From assembly GCF_963921235.1 (NCBI RefSeq), contig NC_086101.1, positions 2,544,001 to 2,608,000 of the forward strand: 64,000 nucleotides of DNA, read 5' to 3'. Source of the stretch: Mobula hypostoma (Eukaryota). The stretch's first letter is position 1. Each line of letters begins with the position of its first letter. This document shows positions 1 through 11,616 of the stretch, in pieces. The notes beneath the pieces are model-generated. The model was not told the DNA's origin. It did no database searches and saw nothing but the letters and a program-made list of their open reading frames with translations. The translations under genes were made by a program, and so were the position numbers.

Positions 1-67
1 GGTTAAGGAGGTGTATGGAACGTTTCCGTGCACGTTGGTCAGACGGTTAAGGAGGCATTTGGCCTTC

Positions 68-311
68 ATTATTTATTAATTTATTGACATACTGTGTGGA
101 ACAGACCCTTCGAGTTATGCAGTACCAGAAATCGTCCCATTTAATCCTGGGACAATTTACAACATGTCTTTGCACTGCGGGCAGAAACCCGGAGAAACCC
201 ACAGGGTCACGGGGAGAACGTACAAAGTCCTTACAGGCAGCAGTGGGAATCGAACCCGGGTCTCCTGCACTGGAAAGCGTTATGCTGGTCGCTCAGCTAC
301 CGTGACACCCC
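68..311 (-). mobile_element. tRNA-derived SINE inserted in a decayed CR1 3' fragment (about 1-680)
   Basis: The minus strand has a B-box GGTTCGATTCC head, a body with GTTCTCCCCGTGACC...GGGTTTCTCCGGG, and an AT-rich tail. Related copies lie near 24310-24540, 27360-27620, 35080-35200 and 44790-44945. Confidence 0.7.
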
Positions 312-2474
312 CGTTCGCCAGAGGACTGAGTTCAAGAGCCATGAGGCAATGTCACGGCTCAATAAAAGTTCTTCCGCCTCGTTGTGGGAGGGACGTGGAT
401 GCTTTAGATAGAGTGCAGAGCAGATTTACCAGGATCGATGAGCATGTCTTATGAGGATAGATTGAGTAAGCTCAGGTGAAGGAAGATGACAGTTGACGTG
501 GCAGAGGTATAGCGGGTGATAAGAGACAAAGCCAGAGACTTTTTCCAGGCTGGAAATGGCTGATATGAAGGGGCATAACTTTAAAAGCGACTGGAGGAAA
601 GTATGGGGGAAGTCAGAGGTGGTAGGTGTCTACACAGCGAGTGGTGGGTCTGTGCAACGCACTGCCAGGGAAGGCAGACACAAACTGCAAAGTAAATTTA
701 TTATCAAAGTTCATATCTGTCATCATATACAACCCTCAGATACATTTCTTGTGGGCATTCAAGTAAATACAAAGAAACACAATTGTCAGGACGCTGGAGC
801 AGGGTCCCAATCATAGACCCAGTACTGTGCACACAGTGACATGAACTGAGTAACAAGTCCCAAACTCGGTATCAAAGTTCAGGCAGAGATCAAAACAGCC
901 CGAGAAATCCAAAATCCAGAATCAGGAAACAGGCGGAGTTGATATTCAGACAGACAGAGTACAGATACGAATGCTGGAAAGACTCAGGAAAATTCACTGG
1001 CACAATCTGGTGAAAACACAGGACTGAAATACACTGACAATAAACAGAGAGGCAGATGATAGGTGGAGCACAATGAGACCCAGGTAGCAGCAGTACAGGT
1101 AATAATGAGAAACAAGTGAGAGACGGAGTACTCAGTAATACAGGGGCCGGAGTAGAGCAGGAGTGGTCCATTACTATTTTCCATAGTGATAAATGATATA
1201 TTTGCGCAAATTGAACATGGTGTGGGGAAATCCTTATATGCAGATGACAGGGCTTTATGGGTGAGGGGAAGAAATTTAATTTATATACAAAGGAAAATGC
1301 AAGGTGCAATAAATGAAGTGGAAGAGTGGGTAAATAAATGGGGTTTCAAATTGTCTACAAGTAAATTGCAAGTGATATGTTTCCCAAGAAGTCACAAACC
1401 AGTTTCTGTGAAATTACATGAACAAAAATTAGAGCAGGTGAAGGTAATTCGGTTCCTTGGTTTGTTCTTTGATGAGAAACTTACATGGAAAAAGCAAATC
1501 GAGAAAATTACAAATAAGTGTAAAAAAGTAAATAAATTATTTAGGGGTCTTGCCGGACAGGACTGGGGTGCCAGCAGGATATCGCTATTAAATATTTATC
1601 AAGATTTAATGAGGGCTACATTGGATTATGGAAGTGTAGCTTACATGTCAGCTGCAGAAAGTAATTTAAAAATGCTGGATGATGAGCAAGCCCAGGCCCT
1701 CAGGATATGTAGTGGTGCATTCAGAACATCACCTGTATCAGCTCTTCAAGTCGAAATGGGGGAAATGCCATTAAGACTTAGAAGATTAAAGCTAATGCTA
1801 AATGACTGGGTTAACATCATGGGACATGACTACTCACATCCAGCTAAAGCGATATTAAAAGACTGCTGGGAACATAATAAGTCAAGTTTATAATATCTTT
1901 GGATGGATCGGGGATGCAGCAGCACAAAAATATGGTCTACACGAAATGGAACATAGCCCTACAGTTCCAATATCTGATACTCCTCCAAACCTGCAACAAC
2001 TTTTAAAAAAGAAGTCTAAATTTGGAATCAAGCAGATAGTACAAGAATATACAGACTCGTATTTTAGAAATGAACTTGTAATATTTACGGCTGGATCAAA
2101 AGACCCTAGATCTGGCCACACAGGTATTGCAGTCTACATTCCTCAGTGCAAAACTAGTATCAGGAAAAGAACATCAGACCATTTATCAGTGTATACAACA
2201 GAATTAATGGCAATATTGAGTGCATTATCTTGGATAGAAGAAACTAATATCAATAAGGCTGTAATCTGTTCAGACAGATTGTCTGCATTAACCTCGATCA
2301 AATCAAGAAAATCAGAAAGTAGACAGGATATTTTATTGGAGATTTTATGCAAGTTATATACACGGACCAAAAATGGGGTAGAAGTAAGCTTTCTTTGGGT
2401 TCCTGCTCATTGTGGAGTGGAGGGTAATGAAAAGGTGGATAGCATAGCTGAACAATCGCTCAGATCGTCTATAA

Positions 2475-3139
2475 CACGTTCTCTTGAGAAGAGGAGGAGA
2501 AGATGGTGGCGCGACGCAGTGCGCGCGGCCGTTCCGAATGAATATCGATATGTGTAACTAGGGGCCGTGCACAATCCGGATTTGATGGAGACAGCCGTGA
2601 GAAGCACAGAGGAACATCTGGAGAAACTTCTGAAATGTCCGCTTCGCTGCTGCTGCTACTGTGCGATCGAGAATCTCCGGAGACGAAGGCCCCAAATCCT
2701 CGGCTTTGCCTATTTCCTGTTGCCGGGGTCGGGGTCGAAGCGCTCGGCAGAGATGGTGCTCGGTGTCAGGAAGTGGTCGGAGGCTCGGAATTTTTCGGAC
2801 GGACTTGGAGTCGGACTGTGGTCGGATGCTTCCGGGATGCTGCATCGGCAAGTTGGCGGCGCTGGAGGTTTACCGTCTGCGTGAGATGATGGGACTTTCG
2901 AGAGACTTTGAGACTTTTACTGTGCCATGGTCTGTTCTTATCAAATTACGGTATTGTTTTGCACTGTTGTAACTAAATGTTATAATTATGTGGTTTTTGT
3001 TAGTTTTTAAGTCGGTTTGTCATGTGTTTTCGTGATATCATTCTGGAAAAACATTTTATCATTTCTTAATGCATGCATTACTAAATGACAATAAAAGGGG
3101 ACTGCGTGTCCTCATAATTATAATAATAATAATAATAAT
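2475..3139 (+). mobile_element. Non-autonomous retroposon of about 650 bp with a (TAA)n tail, inserted in the Nimb LINE
   Basis: It interrupts the Nimb ORF between ...QSLRSSI and IEVQIP...; a diverged second copy lies on the minus strand at about 13144-13762. Confidence 0.75.
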
Positions 3140-3373
3140 AGAGGTCCAGATCCCAGCAAAGTGGAAGTCAAGAGCATTATTAAAATACGTATTGAGGAGA
3201 CGTGGCAGAAGCATTGGGATGAGAGTGAGACAGGGAGACAACTGTACAAAATACAGAGGCAAGTCAGATACAAAAGATTGTCAAGTGGACGTAGAAAGAC
3301 AGAAGTGATCATCAGTCGTTTGAGAATTGGACACACTAGTCTCAATTACACATTACACAAAATAGGGAAACAT

Positions 3374-6300
3374 ATTGGAGCAGGGGGCAGGGATTCAAGT
3401 TTTTGGATCATTGGGACCTCTTTTGGCGCAGGTGTGACCTGTACAAAAAGGACGGGTTACACTTAAATCCTAGGGGGACCAATATCCTGGCAGGGAGATT
3501 AGCGGGGGCAACTGAGGTGACTTTAAACTAGAATGGTTGGGGGGTGGGAATCAAATTAAAGCGGCTAGCTGTGAGGAGGTTAGTTCACAACAGAGGGATG
3601 GGAACCAGTGCAGAGAGACAGAGGGGTGTAAAGTGAGCGTAGAAGCAAAAAGTACAAAGGGGAAAAGTAAAAGTGGCAGGCCGACAAATCCAGGGCAAGC
3701 ATTAAAAAGGGCTAAGAGAGTTGTAAAAGAGTGCCTGAAGGCTTTATGTGTCAATGCAAGGAGCATTCGTAATAAGGTGGATGAATTGAAAGTGCAGATT
3801 GTTATTAATGATTATGATATAGTTGGGATCACAGAGACATGGCTCCAGGGTGACCAGGGATGGGAGCTCAACGTTCAGGGATATTCAATATTCAGGAGGG
3901 ATAGACACGAAGGAAGGGGAGGTGGGGTGGCGTTGCTGGTTAAAAAAGAGATTAACGCAATAGAAAGGAAGGACATAAGCCGGGAAGATGTGGAATCGAT
4001 ATGGGTAGAGCTGCGTAACACTAAGGGGCAGAAGACGCTGGTGGGAGTTGTGTACAGGCCACCTAACAGTAGTAGTGAGGTCGGAGATGGTATTAAACAG
4101 GAAATTAGAAATGTGTGCAATAAAGGAACAGCAGTTATAATGGGTGACTTCAATCTACATGTAGACTGGGTGAACCAAATTGGTAAAGGTGCTGAGGAAG
4201 AGGATTTCTTGGAATGTATGCGGGATGGTTTTTTGAACCAACATGTCGAGGAACCGACTAGAGAGCAGGCTATTCTGGACTGGGTTTTGAGCAATGAGGA
4301 AGGGTTAATTAGCGATCTTGTCGTGAGAGGCCCCTTGGGTAAGAGTGACCATAATATGGTCGAATTCTTCATTAACATGGAGAGTGACGTAGTTAATTCA
4401 GAAACAAAGGTTCTGAACTTAAAGAGGGGTAACTTTGAAGGTATGAGACATGAATTAGCTAAGATAGACTGGCAAATGACACTTCAAGGATTGACGGTGG
4501 ATATGCAATGGCAGGCATTTAAAGGTTGCATGGATGAACTACAACAATTGTTCATCCCAGTTTGGCAAAAGAATAAATCAAGGAAGGTAGTGCACCCGTG
4601 GCTGACAAGAGAAATTAGGGATAGTATCAATTCCAAAGAAGTAGCATACAAATTAGCCAGAGAAAGTGGCTCACCTGAGGACTGGGAGAAATTCAGAGTT
4701 CAGCAGAGGAGGACAAAGGGCTTAATTAGGAAGGGGAAAAAAGATTATGAGAGAAAACTGGCAGAGAACATAAAAACGGACTGTAAAAGCTTTTATAGAT
4801 ATGTAAAAAGGAAAAGACTGATAAAGACAAATGTAGGTCCCCTGCAAACAGAAACAGGTGAATTGATTATGGGGAGCAAGGACATGGCAGACCAATTGAA
4901 TAATTACTTTGGTTCTGTCTTCACTAAGGAGGACATAAATAATCTTCCAGAAATAGTAAGGGACAGAGGGTCCAGTGAGATGGAGGAACTGAGCGAAATA
5001 CATGTTAGTAGGGAAGTGGTGTTAGGTAAATTGAAGGGATTGAAGGCAGATAAATCCCCAGGGCCAGATGGTCTGCATCCCAGAGTGCTTAAGGAAGTGG
5101 CCCAAGAAATAGTGGATGCATTAGTGATAATTTTTCAAAACTCGTTAGATTCTGGACTAGTTCCTGAGGATTGGAGGGTGGCTAATGTAACCCCACTTTT
5201 TAAAAAAGGAGGGAGAGAGAAACCGGGGAATTATAGGCCGGTTAGCCTAACGTCGGTGGTGGGGAAACTGCTGGAGTCAGTTATCAAGGATGTGATAACA
5301 GCACATTTGGAAAGCGGTGAAATGATCGGACAAAGTCAGCATGGATTTGTGAAAGGAAAATCATGTCTGACGAATCTCATAGAATTTTTTGAGGATGTAA
5401 CTAGTAGAGTGGATAGGGGAGAACCAGTGGATGTGGTATATTTGGATTTTCAAAAGGCTTTTGACAAGGTCCCACATAGGAGATTAGTGTGCAAACTTAA
5501 AGCACACGGTATTGGGGGTAAGGTATTGGTGTGGGTGGAGAATTGGTTAGCAGACAGGAAGCAAAGAGTGGGAATAAACGGGACCTTTTCAGAATGGCAG
5601 GCGGTGACTAGTGGGGTACCGCAAGGCTCAGTGCTGGGACCCCAGTTGTTTACAATATATATTAATGACTTGGATGAGGGAATTAAATGCAGCATCTCCA
5701 AGTTTGCGGATGACACGAAGCTGGGTGGCAGTGTTAGCAGTGAGGAGGATGCTAAGAGGATGCAGGGTGACTTGGATAGGTTGGGTGAGTGGGCAAACTC
5801 ATGGCAGATGCAATTTAATGTGGATAAATGTGAAGTTATCCACTTTGGTGGCAAAAATAGGAAAACAGATTATTATCTGAATGGTGGCCGATTAGGAAAA
5901 GGGGAGGTGCAACGAGACCTGGGTGTCATTATACACCAGTCATTGAAAGTGGGCATGCAGGTACAGCAGGCGGTGAAAAAGGCGAACGGTATGCTGGCAT
6001 TTATAGCGAGAGGATTCGAGTACAGGAGCAGGGAGGTACTACTGCAGTTGTACAAGGCCTTGGTGAGACCACACCTGGAGTATTGTGTGCAGTTTTGGTC
6101 CCCTAATCTGAGGAAAGACATCTTTGCCATAGAGGGAGTACAAAGAAGGTTCACCAGATTGATTCCTGGGATGGCAGGTCTTTCATATGAAGAAAGACTG
6201 GATGAACTGGGCTTGTACTCGTTGGAATTTAGAAGATTGAGGGGGGATCTGATTGAAACGTATAAGATCCTAAAGGGATTGGACAGGCTAGATGCAGGAA

Positions 6301-6634
6301 GATTGTTCCCGATGTTGGGGAGGTCTAGAACGAGGGGTCACAGTTTGAGGATAGAGGGGAAGCCTTTTAGGACCGAGGTTAGGAAAAACTTCTTCACACA
6401 GAGAGTGGTGAATCTGTGGAATTCTCTGCCACAGCAAACTGTTGAGGCCAGTTCATTAGCTATGTTTAAAAGGAAGTTAGATATGGCCCTTGTGGCTACA
6501 GGGGTCAGGGGGTATGGAGGGAAGGCTGGGTTCTGAGTTGGATGATCAGCCATGATCATAATAAATGGCGGTGCAGGCTCGAAGGGCCGAATGGCCTACT
6601 CCTGCACCTATTTTCTATGTTTCTATGTTTCTAT
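3374..6634 (+). mobile_element. CR1 LINE, 5'-truncated within ORF1, with intact ORF2
   Basis: End of the esterase ORF1 (DLYKKDGLHLNPRGTNILA...LN*), a full ORF2 and a (TTTCTATG)n tail. It splits the Nimb codons for GKH|PAG. Confidence 0.95.
3537..6536 (+). CDS. CR1 ORF2: APE endonuclease plus reverse transcriptase (about 1000 aa, no upstream AUG)
   Basis: NARS, TETW, GDFN and SDH endonuclease motifs; PGPDG, QHGF, DFQKAFD, GVPQGSVLGP and FADD RT motifs; no stops. Confidence 0.95.
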   Translation: MGGGNQIKAASCEEVSSQQRDGNQCRETEGCKVSVEAKSTKGKSKSGRPTNPGQALKRAKRVVKECLKALCVNARSIRNKVDELKVQIVINDYDIVGITETWLQGDQGWELNVQGYSIFRRDRHEGRGGGVALLVKKEINAIERKDISREDVESIWVELRNTKGQKTLVGVVYRPPNSSSEVGDGIKQEIRNVCNKGTAVIMGDFNLHVDWVNQIGKGAEEEDFLECMRDGFLNQHVEEPTREQAILDWVLSNEEGLISDLVVRGPLGKSDHNMVEFFINMESDVVNSETKVLNLKRGNFEGMRHELAKIDWQMTLQGLTVDMQWQAFKGCMDELQQLFIPVWQKNKSRKVVHPWLTREIRDSINSKEVAYKLARESGSPEDWEKFRVQQRRTKGLIRKGKKDYERKLAENIKTDCKSFYRYVKRKRLIKTNVGPLQTETGELIMGSKDMADQLNNYFGSVFTKEDINNLPEIVRDRGSSEMEELSEIHVSREVVLGKLKGLKADKSPGPDGLHPRVLKEVAQEIVDALVIIFQNSLDSGLVPEDWRVANVTPLFKKGGREKPGNYRPVSLTSVVGKLLESVIKDVITAHLESGEMIGQSQHGFVKGKSCLTNLIEFFEDVTSRVDRGEPVDVVYLDFQKAFDKVPHRRLVCKLKAHGIGGKVLVWVENWLADRKQRVGINGTFSEWQAVTSGVPQGSVLGPQLFTIYINDLDEGIKCSISKFADDTKLGGSVSSEEDAKRMQGDLDRLGEWANSWQMQFNVDKCEVIHFGGKNRKTDYYLNGGRLGKGEVQRDLGVIIHQSLKVGMQVQQAVKKANGMLAFIARGFEYRSREVLLQLYKALVRPHLEYCVQFWSPNLRKDIFAIEGVQRRFTRLIPGMAGLSYEERLDELGLYSLEFRRLRGDLIETYKILKGLDRLDAGRLFPMLGRSRTRGHSLRIEGKPFRTEVRKNFFTQRVVNLWNSLPQQTVEASSLAMFKRKLDMALVATGVRGYGGKAGF

Positions 6635-6974
6635 CCAGCTGGGTTCTGTGAATCCTGTAATCAACCAGAAACAGTTCAACATGTATTGATAAAATGTCAG
6701 AAGTATCAAAAAGAAAGAGTGAAGATGATAGGAGCGCTTAAGATAAACAAAAAAACTGCTGTGGGTATAGAAGACATTGAAAGTGGGAATTCAAGAGAAA
6801 TACAGATCCGTGTCTTGAAGTTTCTTAAAGACTCGGGTTTATTATATAGAATATAGGGAATGCAATTCTTTTCCCTTCTCCTGTTGATCCAACCATCCAC
6901 ACTCCAGTCCGGCAGGTGGCGGTAATGCACCTTAAAGCTGGTTTGCCAACGGCCATAAAACAACACAAGAAGAA

Positions 6975-7320
6975 GGAGTAGAGCAGGAGTGGGGACGGGA
7001 GCAGATGGCAATACAAAACCACAGAAAAAGACAGAGTTTAACTGGAGGTACTGAGAGTAACCCCCCCAGCCACAGAGTACACATTAATGAATGGCTGGAG
7101 TAGAGCAGGAGTGGGGACGGGAGCAGATGGCAATACAAAACCACAGAAAAAGACAGAGTTTAACTGGAGGTACTGAGAGTAACCCCCCCAGCCACAGAGT
7201 ACACATTAATGAATGGCTGGAGTAGAGCAGGAGTGGGGACGGAAGCAGATGGCAATACAAAACCACAGACTGGCAGCTCGGGGGAAAACACACAAAAAGA
7301 CAGAGTTCAGCTGGAGATAC
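6975..7320. repeat. 122-bp tandem repeat (about 2.7 copies) inside the Gypsy LTR
   Basis: GGAGTAGAGCAGGAGTGGGGACGG recurs at 6975, 7097 and 7219. Confidence 0.9.
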
Positions 7321-7329
7321 TGACAGTAC

Positions 7330-10300
7330 CCCCCCAACAGAAGCCTCCTGGCATCACGGCGGGTAGAGTGGGGTGCTGGCGATGAAAGTCCCTGATGAGG
7401 GGGGTCAAGGGTGTTACAGCACCTCTCCTGTGGACCGTAGCCCTCCCAGTCCACAAGGTACTGGAGGCCACAGCCCTGGTGATGATTGTCCAGCATTTGA
7501 CGCACCGTGAAGGCCTCTGACCCATTGACGAGCCGTGGGGGGGGGGTGGGGAGGGACTTGGGGACAGGATCCAGGGGGTGGCTCATGAAAAGCTTGATGC
7601 GGGACAGAGGGAAGGTGGGATGAACGCAGCAGAGAGTGGAGGGGAGTTTGAGACGGACGGCAGCAGGGCTGATGACTTTAGCAATGGGAAAGGGACTGAT
7701 GAAGTGGGGCCAGTTTGCAGGAATCCACCTTGGGGCAGGTCTCGGGTTGAAAGCCACACACGCTGTCCCTGGCGGTAATGTGGGGCCTTGGAGCGATGGT
7801 GGTCAGCTTGACGCTTGATCCTAGCAGAGGCACGGAGAAGGGCAGAGTGAGTGCACCTTCATGTCCGCTGACAACGGCGGGTGAATGCCTCACAGGTGGA
7901 ACGCCAGCCTCCTCCTCCTGGGCAGGAAACAGTGGAGGTCGGTAGCCAAGGCAGCACTCAAAGGGGACAGACCGGTGGAGGAGGACGGATGAGAGTTTAT
8001 GGCGTACTCAGCCCAGGGTAGCTGCTGACTTCGCGGAGAGGGGTTCTGGGAGACCAGACACTGCAATACTGTCTCTAGCTGTTGGTTGGCCCGCTCGGTC
8101 TGGCCATTGGTCTGTGGGTGCAATCCTGAAGACAGACTCACAGAGGCACCCAGAAGATTACAGAATGCCCTCCAGAAACTGGATGTGAATTGAGAGCCCT
8201 GTCTGACACAACATCTACAAGTAAACCATGTAATTTAAAAACATGCAGTATTAGTAATCTGGCTGTTTCTTTGGCCGAAGGGAGTGTAGGTAAAGGAATG
8301 AAGTGTACAGACTTGCAGAAACAATCATTTACTGTGAGAATGGTGCTGTTACCATCTGATGGGGGAAGACCGTTGACAAAATCCAGGGCAATGTGGGACC
8401 AGGGTCTTTTGGGGATAGGCAGGGGTTGTAACAGACCAGCAGGTGATCGATTAGAGTTCTTGCCTTGAGCACAGACTGAACAGGCTGAGACAAAGTTGCG
8501 GATGTCATCTTCCATGGAGGGCCACCAGAACTGCCGACTGATGAAGGCCCGAGTACGCTTGGTTCCAGGGTGACAGGATAACTGGGAGGAATGACCCCAC
8601 TGCAATACCTGTGAGCGGACAGAGCTGGGAACATAAACACGGTTACTGGGGCATTGACCGGGGGCTGCCTGGCTCTGTGAGCAGCTCACAATGGACTCAA
8701 TGTCCATTGCACTGCACCCACGAGACAGTGAGCAGGGAGGATGACATTGGGGACCTCAGGGGTCTCAGAGGAAGGAAATCTTTGGGAGAGGGCATCAGGT
8801 TTTCCATTCTTGTAACCGGGGCGGAAGGACAGAGTAAAATTGAATCTTGAGAAAAACAGAGACCAACGAGCTCAACGGGAGTTGAGGCGCTTGGCAGAAC
8901 GGATATATTCCAGATTCTTGTGATCAGTCCAGACTAAGAATGGCACCTTTGCTCCCTCCAGCCAATGCCTCCACTCCTCCAGAGCTAGCTTCACAGCCAG
9001 CAGCTCCCGGTTTCCGACATCGTAATTCCGCTCTGTGAGAGCGAGGCGGTGAGAGAAGGTGACGCAGGGGTGTACCTTCTCATCCTTGGCCGAGCACTGA
9101 GAGAGAACAGCTCCCACACCAATGTCAGACGCATCCACCTCCACAATGAACTGCCGGTCGGTGTCGGATTGAATCAGGATGGGGGCAGAGGTGAAACATT
9201 CATTCAGGTCAGAGAATGCTTTTTCAGCAGCAGGGGACCAGGAGAATCTGACAGCCGATGAGGTGAGAACAGTGAGTGGTGCAGCCAGTGTACTGACATT
9301 TCTGATGAAGCGGCGATAGAAGTTAGTGAAGCCCATGAAGTGTTGCAACTCCCGGCGAGTCAAAGGTTGGGCCCATTCGACCACTGTCTTGACCTTCCGT
9401 TGGTCCATCTGAATAGAACTGCCTGAAATTACACACCCCAGGATGGAGACTGTATTGCGATGAAACTCACATTCTCAGCCTTCACAAAGAGCTGGTTCTC
9501 CAGAAGGTGCTGGAGAACTCCGTGGAAGGGACCTATAAGGGAATTCAGTGAGGGACTTAGAAAAAAAATCAGAATGTCGTCGAGATACACAAAAATAAAT
9601 TGGTTCAGCATGTCCCCGAGAACGTCATTTACCAGGGCTGGGAAGACGGCGGGGGCATTGGTGAGACCGGATGGCATGACCAGATACTCGTAATGGCCTG
9701 AGGTGGTGTTGAAGGCTGTCTTCCACTCGTCCCCTTCGCAGATACAGACAAGATGGTAGGCGTTACGGAGATCAAGCTTGGTGAAAACTGAGGCTCCTTG
9801 TAGTAGTTCAAATGCTGAGGTCATGAGCGGAAGAGGGTGACGGTTCTTAACAGTGACTTCATTCAGTCCCCGGTAATCAATGCATGGACGCGAGGAGCCA
9901 TCCTTTCCAACAAAGAGAAAACCGGCACCAGCAGGGCAGGAAGACAGCAGACGATGCCGGCAGCAGAGACTCATGGCTTCTGTCTCAGGTATGGGCAGAG
10001 AATACAGGCGGCCCCTTGGGGGAGATGTGCCAGGCAAGCGATCAATGGTGTAATCATATGGACGATGAGGCAGCAGGGAAGTGGCCCGGGACTTGCTGAA
10101 CACAGCCTTGAGGTGCATGTATTCAGGAGGGATAGCTCTAAGGTCTGGAAATTCCTCAAGGGGGACTTGGGCTTGGAGACAAGGGGATCTGAGCATGGTG
10201 GGGGCAGTGGGAGTGACAGAACGGGCTTCAGTCTACAATCTCACGACTGAGCCAGTCAATGTGGGGGTTGTGTCTGACTAACCAGGGATGGTCCAGGACA

Positions 10301-10615
10301 ATGGGAGCTTGAGGAGAGTCAATAACAAAGGGTTAACTGTTCATGATGGTTGCCTGATAAACTGAGACTCACCGGGGCCGTGACATGGGTGATGTTAGCC
10401 AGTCTCTGACCGTTCAAGGCGTTGACCGCCAATAGTGACTGGAGAGCAGACATGGGTAATCCCCACCGGGCAGTCAAGCCGGAATTGACAAAACTCCCCT
10501 CTGCACCAGAATCGACCACGACAGAGACTGCTCGCCGTTGGACGCTCCACTCCAGAGAAGCAGGTATGAGAGTGAGTGGCGTCAAGGAGGGCCAGACGGG
10601 GGTCACGCTGACCAA
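7330..10615 (-). pseudogene. Gypsy pol (PR-RT-RH-IN-chromodomain), multiply frameshifted
   Basis: ORF pieces 10319-10615, 9429-10196, 8872-9408, 8138-8707, 7890-8141 and 7206-7757 carry canonical motifs in Gypsy domain order. Confidence 0.9.
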
Positions 10616-10626
10616 TACTCCTCGTC

Positions 10627-11616
10627 CTACTGGTGAGCGCTGGATTTTACTGGGCAGGTGGGGATGAAGTGGTCTGGTTGGCCACAGTACAGACAGGAAC
10701 GGGTGCTGATTCTCATTTCTCCTTCAGTCTGCGTCAGGCAGGTACAGTCAACCTTCAGAGCTTTGGGCTCTGGAACTGGAATTGTAGATGGGGGCAAATG
10801 GCAGGGTAATGTAGACTGACGAGGAGCTTGGAACTCACCCAGCGCCCCCAGGGACCCTCTGGAACTTCTCTCTCTGCGGCACTGCTGAAGGCGAACATCA
10901 ATACGGATAGCCAAATCTACCAGGGCTTCAAAGGTGGCAGGAAGGTCCTGGGTGACCAGCTCATCTCTGATGTCTTCGGAGAGGCCGTTCAGGAAGGTGT
11001 CGTACTGTCCCTCCGAGTTCCAGCCGCTGGAGGTGGCTAGGGTCTGGAACTCTATGGCGTAATCTGACACAGATCTGCACCCTGGTGCGTGTGCAGCATT
11101 TCACAGGCAGCCTCTCTCCCATGTTTGGAGCGATCAAACACTTCTCATCTCCTCAGAAAATAACTGAAAACTGATGCAGAAAGGGGAGCCTGTCTCCCAG
11201 ACGGCTGTTCCCCATTCTCTCGCCCGACCAGACGGCTGGGTGATGACGTAGGCTACCTTGGCACGATCAGTCGGAAAGGTTGTTGGTTGTAATTCAAAAA
11301 TGAGGGTGCACTGGGAGAGAAAAGACCAGCAGGTACCAGGCTCACCTGAGCACTTTTCTGGAGGAGGCAGACGGGGCTCTTGGACGGGAGGAGCATGCGT
11401 GGATACGGAGGGCAGGGCGGAAGATGCGGTGGCAGAATGTTGGTGGGCACTCTGGGACAGCTGGAGTGACTGAGGCTGGGCCACGAGATCGGCTACATTG
11501 GCAGAAAGTGACACCACTGTCCGGAACGCGGAGTCCAGCTGGTTCTGGGGTCTCCCCAGCATCACTCCCTGTTGTTCCAGGGCGGCTGTCAGACGACCGG
11601 TGTCTGCTGGATCCAT
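10627..11616 (-). pseudogene. Gypsy gag (frameshifted)
   Basis: ORFs 11134-11616 and 10627-11070 contain EPRLPPPEK..GEPGTC, FLSQC, DYAIEF and a CCHC zinc knuckle. Confidence 0.88.

Larger units (their letters stand above)
1167..6974 (+). mobile_element. 5'-truncated I/Nimb-type LINE (RT C-terminus, RNase H, CCHC finger) inserted in the Gypsy 3' LTR
   Basis: YADD RT motif (1186-1893); RNase H with WVPAHCGVEGNEKVD (1946-2470); SRLRIGHT...CESCNQPETVQH finger; 3' end GGTGGCGGTAATGCACC...(AAG)n; 18-bp TSD GGAGTAGAGCAGGAGTGG at 1149-1166 and 6975-6992. Confidence 0.88.
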
